DNA of 63,628 nucleotides, counting the filler, from Lenisia limosa (lineage: Eukaryota; Protista; Breviatea): assembly GCA_001655205.1 (NCBI GenBank). It is 10 parts of 10 records of this genome, joined end to end, with 100 filler letters (N's around TTAATTAATTAA, not from the genome) between each part and the next. Parts side by side here need not be neighbours in the genome. Positions count along the whole stretch, not along the records: positions 16,732 to 33,378 come from LPNZ01010907.1; positions 33,479 to 43,596 come from LPNZ01004030.1; 8 more parts are not named here. One strand, 5' to 3'. The first letter of the stretch is position 1, and each line of letters opens with the position of its first letter. The translations under genes and the position numbers were made by a program. Positions 22,591-37,300 of this stretch are shown piece after piece. The notes beneath the pieces are model-generated. The model was not told where the DNA came from and ran no database searches. It saw nothing but the letters and a program-made list of their open reading frames with translations.

Positions 22591-23000
22591 GTCTGATGTT
22601 TTTTTCGTTTCTCTTCACTTGCATATGATATGTCATATACTATGACTATATATTTTTTTATGCATTAGTTACATGATAGTATATCATATTTTATGGTAGA
22701 ATATGTACGTACATTTATAATATCATATGATATATTGTTTTAGGTTGTGTTTTCTTTTTGTTTATTGTGTTTTCCCTATTCTTTAGGAAATATGGATTTT
22801 TCTCACTTTTCCAGGAGGAGAGTTTAAACTCATTACTAAGTATAATCTCAAAAGAGATTTTCTTACATGCAGAGCAGCGTATTCTATTGGGTTTGATTGG
22901 CACAATGGAATTATTCAAGGATTGAGTACTGTAGAAACATGGTGCATATAATTTTCTACATGGCATATGATGTTCTTGACAAATCTTTATCATATTGTAG

Positions 23001-26000
23001 TGGGGCCTCGTCTTGGCGCCGAAAACATTCTGAAGAAAGTATCCACTGCTTTTGGAAGAACTGTTGGAGGGTAAAACTCTCTGATCCAGTATAATTCCTG
23101 TCTTGTAATCTGATTATCTCTCAACAATCTTTAGCTTTCGATTTCATCTGAAATGATGGATTACTTTGGCATCCTTGGGCTACAAACTGGAACAGTTGTG
23201 TGCCGTTGTCGACTTCAAAAGTCCAAGAAGCACTGCAATGATTGCAACGACCTTGGGAAAGTACACTGGGTGTCTGACTGGTGAGAGGGTTCCAAAGTGA
23301 CTTTTTTGTTTTGGAATACTTTCTATTCTTGTAATATTTCAGCCCTGGATGTCATATTTCCTTTGTCAATGTTGACGATATGGATTCCTCTCAGAAATGG
23401 TATGGATAGAGTTGATGTGTTCTTGATGGTCGTTTTACTATAACAAAAGAAAACAAAACTTACAGATACAGGCAGGAAAAAAACCCTGACGGATTGTTAC
23501 TGCAGCTCACTTCAAAAGGTACTGCGTAATTTGATAAAATAAGTGTTTCTCAGCTTTACTTTTTGCTTAAGGTTGTTTGTTATTTAACTTCTCAGACAAC
23601 CTTCCACAACATCATGCCAACACCCAGGTGAGGACTGTACGTTTTTTTTCTTAAAAACATGATTATCCTCCTTTTTTCAATATTATTATTACTACTAGGC
23701 TGTGAAATACTCAAGACACATTTCCAAATCTGAACTGTCTAAGTTATTTCGCCCAGTCCATTTCAAGTACACTGCCTCTTGCCTGTAAGAGCTATCTTGT
23801 GTATTATGATTCAGATGATACTGCCTTTTTTCTCATTTCTATACATGTTTTGTATTCTGTATTTTGATATTTAAAATATTGATATACTATTACATATCAT
23901 AGGTATCGATATGTTGAGTAATATGATTGTATGAATCGCACCTCATTTTAGACCAGCTCTAATAATACTGTTGTATGATATTTCTGATTTACGCACTGTT
24001 TACTATGTAGAAATGGAAAGGACCTATCAAATGTTGCTAAAGTCACTGCAATGACTGACCCCATATTCTCGTTCTATCAAAGTGCTCCACAAGCCTCGCT
24101 ACTTGAGTCCCCTCCCTCTGCAGGTGAGGTGACTTGCTATCCAAAGTTCCATCCCTTTTCTTGGTATTATGAACTGCTATACCACACTCAAATGATTGGG
24201 TGAAAATACATTTGATATAATATAGTATTTCAAGCAGATATATGATATGATATACTATATCATAAGCTACATATCTTATAATGATGTGCTATAATTCTTA
24301 TATAATATATGCTAATATGTAGGTAATATTACAAATGATAGTATACAAACCAAATCCTTTACAGTTACCATTCTCACATCAACAGGCCCACGCATGGTAT
24401 CGGTCCCGACTAAGGCAGACTATGTTGCGGAAGCCCCGAGGTCTCCAGGTCATGTTGAACCGATTACTGTTCAGAAATTATCTCATGAGCTTGATCCAAG
24501 CGCAAAATCCAGCCAAGTTGGTTTTCTGTATCTTTTTAGTTTTTCATGCATGAAATTTTTTCAATGGAACTATTTCTCTGACTTTTTTTTCCTTGTTCAT
24601 CTTTAGGATTTTGCTCAGTACCAGACCATGCACTTGACACCTTCAACTCAAATTGAAGGTTCCTGGGTTGCAAGTTCATGTCAGATTAGGCCTGATTTGA
24701 ATTTTCTAATGGTCCAGATGAAACAGCCCAGAATGACTCCCCAGAAGAGGGCATGGCATCTCAGGTATCTGCCAATTTTGCCAAAAGCATCTGTTTAATA
24801 TGATCTATCATGTACAACCAACAATCCCTCTCACCATTTAGACTCAATTCGAATGCCCAGATATGGACGATACTCAGATACCCGCTAACAACCTGAACCT
24901 TGATACCCAAGGATTAATTGTGAGTGAATTGTCGTTCTCCATTTGACAATACCCCTACTTCGTTTTTAAAAACTCAAACAAATAGGATACTCGTGAACTA
25001 TTCACTCAGGAAGAGATTGTTGAGGAAGACTCCCAGGAGGACCCTCCGAGTGCTTTTGGGGTGAGTAAGTTTATATATAGTATACTATTTAATATATTAA
25101 TATGATATATTATATCTTTGTAAAAACAGCTAGTATATAGTATGACATCATATGGAGGGGGACATTAATTGATTGTGTTTTTTCCGGAATTTTTGTGATC
25201 AATCGCTCGCTTTTTGTATGATGAGTTTTTCTGAAATAACGAAGTAGTGCCCTGTTTCCCCCGTATCCTTCGACTCCACAGAAGACTCTGAGGATAACAC
25301 CCATGGTGCCTTTGGTCGTCTCCCCTTGGTATGTCTGGAGATATCCATCAATAAAGAACAGGATTTCTTTGTTCTTGTCTTTTCTTAACTGTGCAGTCTC
25401 GGGCAGCTTTGATTCGCCCAACTCTGAAAGAAAAACGGGTAGATCCTCCTGCGGTTGGGCTTTTGTTCTCTTTTTAAACAAAAAATAATCAATCTTTCAA
25501 GAGCATTTTCACCTCATAGGTTGTTACCCCTCCTACTCCACCACGAGAAGAAATATCTAAAGTTATCAAACCCGCAATTGCTCATGTTGAAAATGCTGTT
25601 GCCCCCATCACTGTTTGTTAATCATGCTAGCTTCTCATAATATATGATTATTAATATAATATCATGATTATTACCAGTATAGTTCCTACCTTCAATTTGA
25701 CTTCTCCTCCTCTGAGATATTTTTAATGCATTTAGGCACCCCTGCCACCCTCTTTGGCTCAACAAATACAAGTATGTTGTTTCCTTATTTTTTCCTTCTG
25801 TCTTTTTTTTTCTGGCTGAATATTCAGGTAGCTGAGGCGGTAAAGTCACCAAAACAGAAGAGAGCGGTTCAAGTTGACTTACCAGAAATGGTCGAACCTC
25901 CAGTAGTTGAGCCAGTGGCTGTCACCCAAGACAAAGAAAAGGTGGGTATATTTTTTTTACCAAAGACTTCGATCACCTTTCAAGAAGCCTTTTGCGTCAA

Positions 26001-29000
26001 CGTCACGTCCCACATCTGTCACTTTGCCTGATCCGATTCTGCCAAAAGAAAGAGCTCCAGGTTTGCAAGAAAAGTTGTACAAAAAAAACTCATCGGTTTA
26101 TCTTTTACTCATTCCACGATAACCTCACAGCTCCAGTTACTCCGTCGCTCCCTTGTCCTTCTGGTAGGCTGTGTGTGATATTTTATGATATGATTTAGTA
26201 TATACTACAAACAACTATAACATATGCAATAGTAGTACTATTATATCATATTATATGATATATGATAGTCACGCATATCATTTTGTCTTTTTACAGTGAC
26301 CGGTATAAGTCTTGACCGATTTGCTGTGTGATTTCCCAAGGAAAATCGGTCAAGACTTCTCCCGGTCAGTGTACATATCATATAGTATATAATATGGTCT
26401 ATCAGTATCACTCCTTTAGCTATTTCTGCTGCCCACAACCCAGCAGCAGGCGGACCTGCCTCGAAGCCAACCCGGAAAGAAACGAGAGGTCGCAAGAAGG
26501 GAAGTACCAACAAGAAAAACGGAACTGTCAACAAAAAGGCCAAGAAAAAAACAGAAACCAAAAAGGTCTGCTTCGCTGAATTATTGTTACAATCATTCAC
26601 CCACATAGCTTGTTCAAGGAAGAACGCGAATTTCACAGTCACCAAGGTCGCCATCCCTTCACCGCTCTCCACTCAGACCGCCGGCAGTCCAGTTGACTCA
26701 AAACCCAATCTCACTGCTAACCGACCATCTTAATAGCCCCAAGGTTCGGAGCCGCTTTACTTTCAATTCCACCATCACAAAGATAATCTCAGCCTTTTTG
26801 ACTATTGTAGGACTTTCCTCCTCATGCTGTACCTGCACCTGAACTTGAACCACAAGCTACTAACACTCCTCCGGTGGGCATTAGTCAAATAAACGAGAAT
26901 ATTTGCTTGACTTGGTGTTGTCAGCAGCTTGGTTCTTACCTTTACAGATTGTTCCCCTCGAAAACCCAGCTTTTCAGCCCATCCCAGCCCCGATCATCCA
27001 GCAAGAGAAACCGTTTGAAACACCGAAGCCACAGCTACCCAAGGTATGTTTGAGATACCGTTGAGAACTGGTTTATTATTTTTATTCCATGTAATTTTCC
27101 AACAGCATGACCAAAGAGCCTTGGGAGACACCCCAGTCTACCAGCATCCCCCACAGGCATTAAGCCCTCTCTATGCCCAGCATCCCTACAACCCCAACAA
27201 TTTATCAAGCGCAACATTGGACCCCTCAGCACATCAACTCTTCAACGCTCCTCCACAATTCAGTCCTTATCGCCAACAGGTTATTCACCCCATAATGCAG
27301 CAAGCCTCCGCGAACCTAATAGGACAGCAACTACCCACCTTCGTGCCTCAAGTAATGGAGTGTCCAATTGCCTCTTTTATGCTGATGTTACTGCAAAGCT
27401 CCGGGCCATTTGAAGATCGAGCCGTAATTAAGAACCTGACAAGGTCTCTGAGAAGAACTGTGTCACAGCAGGATAAATTCAGTATCTTACAAAGAGCGGA
27501 GTCGTCTCCATTATCAATGACCGCGGATGCGATTATTGATCAAGTAATGGACCGCTTTTTCTCTGATCAGTCCGAGTTTGCCTCACCACAACAACAAGGC
27601 TTAGCTGTTTCTCGAGTTCCCTCTCAGCCAGTTGTTGATTTGAGACCTCAGTTTGGCCAAGCCTTTACACCACAAAAACCGGTATGTTTTCTTCTTTAAT
27701 TATAGTATATTATGAAGAGAGTATTATCATTATAGTTTATTATGAATATTGTATTACGCAAGAATGATATTCCAGTCCATATGACATTGTCTAAGCTTTT
27801 AGCCTGTAGTCCAGCTCGGACACCCCCCCTTTCAGCACCACGCACAAGCTCCCCTGCATCACGTTCATAATGCCATTCCACCCACTGCACCAGCACACAT
27901 CCCTCCCAGTGGCCATCAGCAGTATCAGATTCCTCCACAAATGCCACACACAACGGTTCAGGAAGCTCAGCGACCAGTTCCTTCTCAAGAAGCTCCAGCA
28001 GAAGAACCAGTTGCGCAAACTCTTAACCTTGACCGGTTCATGGCCCCTATTTCTAACGGGAAGCAGACTCCTGTAAAGGCCAAGTCTCCTGAACCGAGCC
28101 CAGTTGTGCGTGAGCCTTCCCCTCCCCAGCCTGAACCGAGCCCGGTTATGCGTGAGCCTTCCCCTCCCCAGCCTGACGACGTCGCATCCGAAGATCGGAA
28201 ATCGGAGTCCGTCCCGGACGTCATGGCCGAGTTACCTGTAGACTATGCAGACAGCAACTCCGATCACAGCCACCACGTACCAACCTTGCAAAATATCACC
28301 AGTGAAGGGTTTGCACGCATTGCTGCGTCAAAGCTGGGAAACAATCTCAGATACGTCAGTTATCTCTGTGCTACCCCTGAAGAGGGTAAGACCAAAGCAA
28401 TCTTCAAGGAGAAGAACCCAAAAGATCCGCATAAGGCAACTGAGATGACCGATGTAAGACCTGTTATTCCAATATTTAGGACCCATCGCAAAACTGTTGA
28501 ACAAAAAGTTCTTCCTGTTCTTCAAGAAGGCGAAACTGTGCCCGATGATTACGACGGAGTTGTCAAGGAAGGGGACGTGTTTGTTCGCTATCTGAAGGGC
28601 TATAGGATGGAGCCGTCCGGGCCGGGTAAAAGAGGCCGGCCGCGGCTCTCTGAGGGCACTAAGTATCTGAAGCAGTCACTACGGCCGCGTGGACGCCCAA
28701 GAAAAGATGAACGAACGTACCCCTCAAACCACCCAAGCATCACTGACCCCTCCTTTAAGACCGTGACATTCACACAACTTAATGACCTGCCTAAACAGCT
28801 GCGCAAGCCAGGGTCACGTACTGTTGGGCGCAAGCCTCGTGACTCCCGTTTGGCTACTCTAAAAGTGAAGAAGAATAAGAAGAGAAGAGCTGCAGCTATT
28901 GAGGAAGCAGAGAAGCATATGGAGCCTTATTCTTCAACAGACCGCAATATGGAAGGTGTGGGATCACGGCCACAAAGCGACTTAAATGAGGCTGACATGT

Positions 29001-30649
29001 CTAACAAGCCAACCCGTGTTGAAACCCGTGGTCGTAAGAAAGGTAGTAAAAATCAGTCAAAGGAGAAGGATGTTGAAAAGAAGGAAGAAGAAAAGGAAAA
29101 TGAAAATGAAAAAGTTGAAAATGAACAAGAAAAGAAGGAAAAGGAAAAGGAAGAAAAAGAGGGAAAAGATGAAGAACAGGAAGAAGAAGAAAAGGAGGAA
29201 GAAGAACAAGATGAAGAAGAGTTTGATGAAGAAGAAAAGAAAGAAGAAAGGGGAGAGAATGAAGAAGAGAGAGAGGAAGAAAGAGAAGAACAGAATTTGA
29301 ATAAGAATAAAGATGTTGAGGAAGAGGAAGAGGAGAAAGATGAGGTACAAAGAGATACTGAAAAGGAAACTGAGATACCCATATTTGAAAATAATGAGGA
29401 AGTTATTAAAATTGATTCAGGAGACAGTGATAGTGAAGTGAGCAGAGATGAAGGAGATGATGCCGCTGCCGTGGTTCGAAGGCAAAGAGAGCAGTTCCTT
29501 ACTCTTTCGGTTTGAGGCTATTTTTCTGTTGGTTTTTTTTCTTAAATTCATTGGTCTAGGAATTCCTTACTCACATTTCTAGCAACAAGTAATGGAGATC
29601 TACAGTGATGACGATTTCACAAAGGAAGAAAGGGAGGAAATTCGAAGGAAGCAAAGAGAAAACCGCACACCTCAGAAGATAACTGATGACATGGAGCGCC
29701 TCTCTCAAGCGTCCACCCTCTCCCCTGTCCACAGTAACAACGTGTCCCCCGTCTCTGAGAAAGCAGGTTCCGTGAAGTTGTCTTCTGGGGTATCAGGGAT
29801 ACAAATTATACGTAATCCTATGATTTTTTGCTGCAGCTTCTGGTCAAACATTCTGTTTTTCCTTCGCCCTTTCCCAACATCATATGATTTTTCTGTTTTT
29901 ACTTCAATATAGAAGTCACAAAAAAAGAGCACCAAAACTGCCCGACCACCCTCATCAACCCAAGTGGGCTTAGTTCCAGGTCACTTGAGGCCTTTTGTTG
30001 GTTTATTTTTCTGAGAGCCTAGCATCACATTTTTATTTTTTCACTCACTCGTTCAGACTCAAGGAGCCCCGCGGAGAAGCACCAGGGTTTCCAAAAAGTC
30101 TTATTCTTCGACAGTCGTGTCCGTCCCAAAGCCCAAAGTAGTATGTTACCGTTTTATTGAATTTACCCCCCCCCCCCCNNNNNNNNNNNNNNNNNNNNNN
30201 NNNNNNNNNNNNNNNNNNNNNNNNNNNNNNNNNNNNNNNNNNNNNNNNNNNNNTTCTTGTAGCGAACAATGCAGACATGGAGGGGAACTAAAAGCGGGAC
30301 TATGAGCCGGGTACATTTAGCTAACGTAAGTGGACCATTTCTCATTTCACTTTTTCAGCAGCCCCACACAAAATTAACTCCTCAAACGGATGAGCATCGC
30401 TTTAGTTTTGACTCTCAGGAAGATAAAACTGTAACTCCGAAAAAGACAAAAGTTCGTCTTTTAGCGCCTTTCTTTCTTACCATTCAGCGACCATCCAAGA
30501 AGGAGGCCAGAAAACCCTCAGCAGTTTCATCCAATGGCAGGGCGTGGATGGGTAGGCCCCCTCCCTTTTTTTTTTACTACGATCTTTTGTATTTCTAATC
30601 CCCAGATTCGAGTGATGATGATGAGCCGCTCGAAATTGAGTATGACTAG
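23001..30649 (+). CDS. Large low-complexity nuclear protein with AT-hook motifs and an acidic Glu/Lys tract
   Basis: A ~1.7-kb exon (~27810-29510, containing ORF 27941-29515) encodes KRGRPR, RPRGRPRK and ETRGRKKGSKN plus a long E/K tract. A second ETRGRKKGSTN is at ~26480. Upstream exons are S/T/P-rich and include a Cys cluster (CRC...HCNDC...CPGC, 23135-23400). Last exon DSSDDDEPLEIEYD* (TAG 30647-30649). 5' boundary uncertain. Confidence 0.7.
26294..26371. mobile_element. Family D Tc1/mariner-type MITE (78 bp, TA TSD)
   Basis: TA|CAGTGACCGGTATAAGTCTTGACCGATTT...AAAATCGGTCAAGACTTCTCCCGGTCAGTG|TA. Confidence 0.85.
28088..28176 (+). repeat. In-frame 42-bp tandem duplication (PEPSPV[V/M]REPSPPQ x2)
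   Basis: cctgaaccgagcccagttgtgcgtgagccttcccctccccag at 28088 is repeated at 28130 with 2 substitutions. Confidence 0.9.
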
Positions 30650-31165
30650 CTAAACTGGTGACACTTTTGTGCAGTATTCTTGTGATCTGTCCATTATGGT
30701 TTGTGATATGTAATATTTGTATTAGTAGTATGTGTGTATGTGGGGGGGGGGGTGCAATACTTGAAAAAGATATGTGAGATTGACGTTCCTCTCCATACAA
30801 TAATATTGAAAAATACATAAAACATTGAAATATAGTTGAGAAAACAAATACAAACAGGTTACCACTTAAATATACTACTGTACACCATGAAATCCGAGCT
30901 CCTAAACTCTCTCTATACAGCGTTAGAGGATTTACAATAAGAGAAAAAAAAAAAAAAAAAAAAANNNNNNNNNNNNNNNNNNNNNNNNNNNNNNNNNNNN
31001 NNNNNNNNNNNNNNNNNNNNNNNNNNNNNNNNNNNNNNNNNNNNNNNNNNNNNNNNNNNNCATCACAAAAATGAACATGGGAATATATATTTATTTGCTT
31101 TTACAAAAGCTTTAATATGCATCAGATCTCAGTCGCTAAGCACTCAAAAAGTTGGAATGGGGATC

Positions 31166-33090
31166 AGGTTATAAATAAAAGGGAATAATTGTTGGAAAGA
31201 TGTTTTACACATATCTGCAAAGAAATCAGAAGACCAGTTGAAATATTATGACAACCTTCAGATAGCAGACAACAAACCCTCTTCACCGAAACTTTCATTG
31301 GTTTTGACATCCTATCTTTCCTCAGTGCAACAGGAAGAAGAGGGAACATGGCCGGTCCTCTCCACTCCACTTTGTCTTTTGACCCGCGAGAAGTCCAGTG
31401 CAGTCTATTATCGACCTGAGAGGTCATAATAGGGAACCAGAAATAATTCAACAAGGGGTGGGTACCAAGCCAAAAGCCCTCCAACCAGCTCTAACGCTAA
31501 TTCAATATTGTTCTTCGTTATCTCTGTTTTATTCGTTACTGTGTTGGCATGTTGAACAGAGTGAAGCTGTAACGAACTGCCGGAGTAAAGAGAAGGAAGA
31601 GGTAAGAAAGAAACGATATCTCTATTAACTTTAACATAATAATAAGAGCAGCAACAACAAATATAAAACCATCCTCACGGGGGAGCTTGTTTGATAGGAA
31701 AATCGTGGGACATACGTCGAGGCTTAAATATATTAAAAAGGGGAAAATAGAAGGAAATTTGATTGAAGAATACTTGTGCAACATGTTAGAAATTGAATAA
31801 ATAAAAGTGCACAGCTGCTTCCCAACCGAAGTGGCATCTTTGGACGTTGTCGGGGTCATGGGGGGCTGAAGGGTGTACTCTGAGGGGAACGGGCTCTGAA
31901 CAGTTGAGTGCAAACGGAAAGAAAGAATAAAAAAAGACCAGAAGAGAAGAATGGTACCTTGACTACATACATTAATTGGCTCATTTGGGATAGTTAACAA
32001 GCTTGTGAAGCTTTGCTGTAAAGACGGAACAGAGGGGTTGAGGCAAAAGGCCGTACCAGACCCGACAGAAGAGTCAGAGCGATGGCTTCGGGGTGAAGAG
32101 TTAGCTGAAGACAGGTTCCGAGGGGAGCCCGTAGAGATCTAGATATGTTATTCAACCATTTTAGTTCACAGTGATTGTGCTGCCCCCATCCCACAATATT
32201 GATATTGGGTGAATATCCTCCATAGGAACGACCTCCTTTCCCGCTTTGCGGAGCCTGAAAGATCAAACGTATTCATAGTACTTGACATAAGAAATAAATG
32301 ATACATATTGGTGCATAATGGGATAGTACCCAAATACTCTTTTTGTTGGACCTGTTGCTCGCACAGCCCAGCCAGCAATAAACGACTTAATGGATCGAGC
32401 CGTAGCCTGTATTTTATTGACTTCACAAGTACGTTGCATTTGGTCTGCTTGCTCAAAGACGGGACCCCACTATTCGATTAAAAAAGAAGATGAATAACAA
32501 GAACAACAACAACAAAAAAAAAAACTGCGTAATGATATCTTAATGCTATAATATGAAACAAAAGGAGAAATTGCAGAGTAATTCCCTGTTTATGGCACCC
32601 ACCATGAGATAACGAGGGTTGAGACTTGATATGACCCCAGCAGTTGCAACATCAGTAGCCATGCCTGCCCGTATATTGACGTTCACTGGGGTTTGCTTCT
32701 CAGAAAATAACTAAATTCAATAAAAAAAGACAGGTTCTTGATTCAAATCAATTCTAAACTACCACCGTTTCATCGTCTGAAAATAGAAATTATGCATTGG
32801 GCTCTCGTACAGTGTTGAGACGAGCAATGGTGGAAGGGATTGTGACCAGTAGTGCAGCTGCTCTTTGACAATGTCGAACCCCAAGAAGGTTGGTCTCGCT
32901 GTTGCGTAAACATTCAGTTACATAAATAGAGTGAAAGTAAACAAGGCTCTTCAATAATAAGTACATAATAACTGATTATTATCCATTCACAAAGACCAAG
33001 AAGACTAAACAAGCCTCTCCCACGAAGATGATGAAAAAATGTTGAAGGCAGCTGAAGATGCTGCTCCTTCTGAGGATTCTTGCAAACCAA
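31166..33090 (-). CDS. Hypothetical multi-exon gene
   Basis: Exon-like open segments RPTFLGFDIVKEQLHYWSQSLPPLLVST, WGPVFEQADQMQRTCEVNKIQATARSIKSFIAGWAVRATGPTKRVF and VDNRLHWTSRGSKDKVEWRGPAMFPLLP. Not assembled into one frame; no family recognised. Confidence 0.4.
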
Positions 33091-34374
33091 ACACTCCAAT
33101 CCATGAATCACCTTGAAGATAAGTTGCAAAGCTCTTTATTAATAAAACGTCAGAGATGCAACTATCAAAAATATGACAACATCCACATACTATCTGTTTC
33201 CAAAGGAACGCTCAATATCTTTTAATAGAAAGGCTGAAAAAAAGGGTAGACAATAAATACTTTGATTGGCTAACGTGTAACGATATCCAATGCAATCATA
33301 ATAACATTCTAAATTGCAATATATCATATGATAGATAGTCCAAGATCTGCCAAGGAAAACCAGACAAATAGTATCCTANNNNNNNNNNNNNNNNNNNNNN
33401 NNNNNNNNNNNNNNNNNNNNNNTTAATTAATTAANNNNNNNNNNNNNNNNNNNNNNNNNNNNNNNNNNNNNNNNNNNNTAATATGGCTTCACCTCCGTTT
33501 TGCGGTTCTCTTTTTTCCTTTCTCCTTATGTTATATATTGTGTTAATATTTCGACTCTAAAGTCGGTCATATGAACATATTTATTGGATGGACAGTTGAC
33601 GGTCATATAGTCATATAACAAGTGTATGGGTTAACCTTTCTCCTTTCCCCATTTTTCATTGCTCCTTTTTGATTTGGCATTTCTCACATCGATGTAGGAA
33701 AGCTGACGGGGAGTAACGAGTTAATAACTTAGCCCCCTCCAAAGGAAAAGTTACTCCCTTATTGTTCAAGTCTGACCATTCCGTTATTTATTGATATTCT
33801 GTTGACAATTGGAGAGGGATGTGTTTTTGATAGGTTTGAATGGGAAAACAGAATCACACGGCGACACAAAGTATCGAGCAGTCATGAGCCAGTAATAATT
33901 TCACTCAATCATTTGTCTTACAACCCTGTGCACAGCTTTCTGCGTGCCAGCATACCTACAAGAGTTAGATTTATGAATAAGGACAAATCCGGTACCTTCA
34001 TGTGACCCGCATTGTCACCCACAAGTCGCCCAAGCCTATACCATTCACCCACCCTTTCATTAGTTACTTTCAACCAATGCAAGTCATGGGGAACACAATT
34101 TTTAGGACTGACTTTCCTCGGTGAATATACTGGTGCTCTCATTTTTTGTTGATGTGATGATTTGATTGATGCAGAATTGATGACTATATACGCATATACG
34201 GGAAGAAGAAGAAGGGAAATATCTGTTTCATATCCGCCCGCCAGGCCGCGCCCCCTGGATGATTGGCTCGGTGAAATAGGTGAAATTGTTAAAACGGACC
34301 AGGACCAGACGGCCGTGTGCTATATCAGTGCTATTGCTCAGATACTCGAGCGAGAATATAACCAATAATACAAT

Positions 34375-37300
34375 ATGTTGGTGGTATCTCTTTATCTATA
34401 TCTGCTCTTGGCACTCTCACTCTGCTTCTCGCAATCAACAGCAGAACAAAAATACATGTTCTATAATACCCCTCGGCCTATCACCACCAAACTGACTCAG
34501 ATTCAGGTATGTTTATACTGTGCAATGTGGACATGGACATTTAATCCCACCTTTAGTCAGTTATTAACGTTACTCCTGGCTCCGCTTCACCACGTGCATT
34601 CATTCAAGGCTATTCTAACACTGCTCTTGTCAATATTGGTTCGCAAGTGTATACCTTTACTTCACTCTCTTTTTATTTTGCAGTAAAGTACTTTACTGCG
34701 CTGTAATCTACTCTTTCATCATTGGAGTTTTTTTTTAGACCCTATTTTTTAACACTTTCATCAGCACCCAATGAAAGAGGACCTTTTAGCTTTGACCCCA
34801 GTGCCATCCGCTCGAGGTCCGGTTTCAGCACTGTGAATGATCTTATGACTACCCCTTGTTCAATGGTGAGTTTGGTTGTGAAAAGAGAGGCTTTTTTTAG
34901 TACAGTTGAGTGTGAACAACAAATTATAAATTTAAGAAGAGTATGAACTACATTTTAGAAATTTAAGTGTAGTATGAACTACATTGTTTCTCACTTCACA
35001 AGACGACATCCACCGGAGCTGCAGTTGAGATGCAGACTCGAGGTGGAGCACTCTGGACGGTTTCTGTTGACAATAAACACAATGTATGTATGGGAAGGGG
35101 AAATCTAGATTCTGGAATTTTTCAGTGATCTGAAACTTGTTGTTTAATTATTATAATATTAAGAATAATAATTCCAACATGTTTTCTGTTTTTTAGATAT
35201 TTTTTATCTTGATAAAACATCAGAAAAGTAATCTGGGAAAACTGGGAACATTGATACAACAAAGAAAATCATAATCGGTATATATCTGTATCATTGATAA
35301 AACAAGAAAAACCATCATCTGAAAAAGCGAACATTGGTGGGTTGGGAAAATCATAATCTGGATCATTCAAACTGGGAAAAACCTGGAAGACCTGGTAAAA
35401 TAAACAAATTAAATTCCGGATTTCCAGATCCATTTTTCATGATATTTAGTGGTTCATTTCATGCCCATGTAGATTAACAAAGTCACCATCGCCAATTCTG
35501 CATCTTTCAACCATTGTGCCATGAATCTTGCTTACGGTTTTGCTGTCGATTCTACCTCTACTGTGTTCATGGTGGGGAGGGTGTTTGGATTCCAACTATG
35601 CCATCATCGAGTTTTTTAGCTAGTAATTGTTTTAGGTTGACCTTTCTAACCCTGCTGTTCCGGTTACTGGAGCGTCAGCTGATATTAGTAGTGCTCTATT
35701 GGCCGCTTGCCCAGTCACTCACAACGTTAATGTTTGTTTATTTTCTTTGTGTATTATCCTACAGGCTAATATTCGCTCAATGACAGAAATCATTTCTGAT
35801 GAGTCTTTCATCGCAGTCCGTTGTGCTGATGGCGCTGCCAGTTTGTGGGGAAGCCTTTATGCTATTTTTGTCAGTCTGTACATGTACATATAATTATATT
35901 ATTTCGGAGCCTTTGAGCTGTCTCTCGGTCATATTAATTTTGTTCAGATGTTATCGAGGTCATTATGAAGTGCACATTCACCGATCACACTTCAGTAAGA
36001 TTTTTGACTTTTTGAACTTATTTCAAGTTTCCTGAGACACTCATCCCGTTTCTAACAAATATAGGTTCCAACAATTTCACTATTTGTTGAATTTGAATTT
36101 GAATCAAGTGTATGAGGGGTTTTTAGAGATGACGCTCAATTACACCATTACACTCCAGGCTGCTACTATCCTTGCTTCCAATAAATACATCTACTACTTC
36201 AACACCACTTCTGCTATTGTGTTGGATAAGACCACAACGGCTGTTCAAAGCTCTGTTGGACTTGTAAGATGGAATTTCAATTCTGGTAACACTTGAGATT
36301 TTATATTTCTTCACTTGACCTTCAGCCTGTAGTGTACTCTCTACTTGCACCTGAGGTGAAGATGCTTGACTCTGCTACAGATTTATTTACCTATACTGAC
36401 AATGCTGACAAACATGTAAGCCAGACTAAAAATCTAGAAAAGACTTGGTGGAGCTATTTCTCTTTGGTAGTTGTTGTTAACTGTCCAGGTTAAATTTGCA
36501 ATTTATGATGGTGTGACGGGCGCTTCTTTATCTGACCCCAATCTTAAGGTCCAAGTCTATAGCCTCAATAAGGTGTGTGGTCTTATCTTTGACTTTCAAC
36601 AACCTCTTCTTCTCATCCATTTAGTTTTCCAAAAACGCAGTTTTCGTGAACAGTCATACGTATTGCTCTTTTGACGGGGCCCAAGCCACTGTAAGTTGGA
36701 AATCCTTTTGTTCGCCTTCAAACTGTTTTTTAATTTTTCAGTGCTCTAATAGAGACCGCGCTTTATTGTTCCAAACTCCGAGAAACCACTTCACAATGGC
36801 AGATGGTGGGTTGCGCTCTTCATTCCTACTGCTTCACGTTGTATTTATTCCTTAGGTCGCATTGTGCATATGCCTGTTGGCTGTTCTGTTGAGGTAAGAC
36901 TTGCACAATATATAGGCTTCACTTCGGTTCAAAAAAGACCGGTAAAATATCGATAGTTTTTGACTATTTATCAAGAAATTCCGTTTTTTTTAGAACCGAG
37001 GTGAAGACCTAATAATATACCATTCCACTCCGTGGACAGATGAGTCTCACTACTTTAGGAGACTGACATGGTTGTCTACTACACAGACCCACAGACTCTT
37101 GAACAAACTTTTGTTGAGTGAGAGGTTTTTATTTGGCTAAAATATGGGAAACAGCATCAGTATAGGAGTTTTCTTTTCTGAAATGATATGACATAATTTA
37201 TATTACTTACGATACGTTAATATCAACTAAGTCGAAATGATGAACGAAGATAACACGAGGGTTCACCGCGAGTGTATCAGAGTACCATTGAGACTTCGTC

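Noticed and set aside
28986-29382. Ser/Phe-rich and Lys/Arg-rich ORFs as membrane or basic proteins
   Set aside because: They are antisense and alternate-frame shadows of the Glu/Lys tract in ORF 27941-29515.
36896-37040. Family A as an Introner (element equals the whole intron)
   Set aside because: Element ends do not coincide with the GT/AG splice sites; host intron sequence lies on both sides in every case checked.
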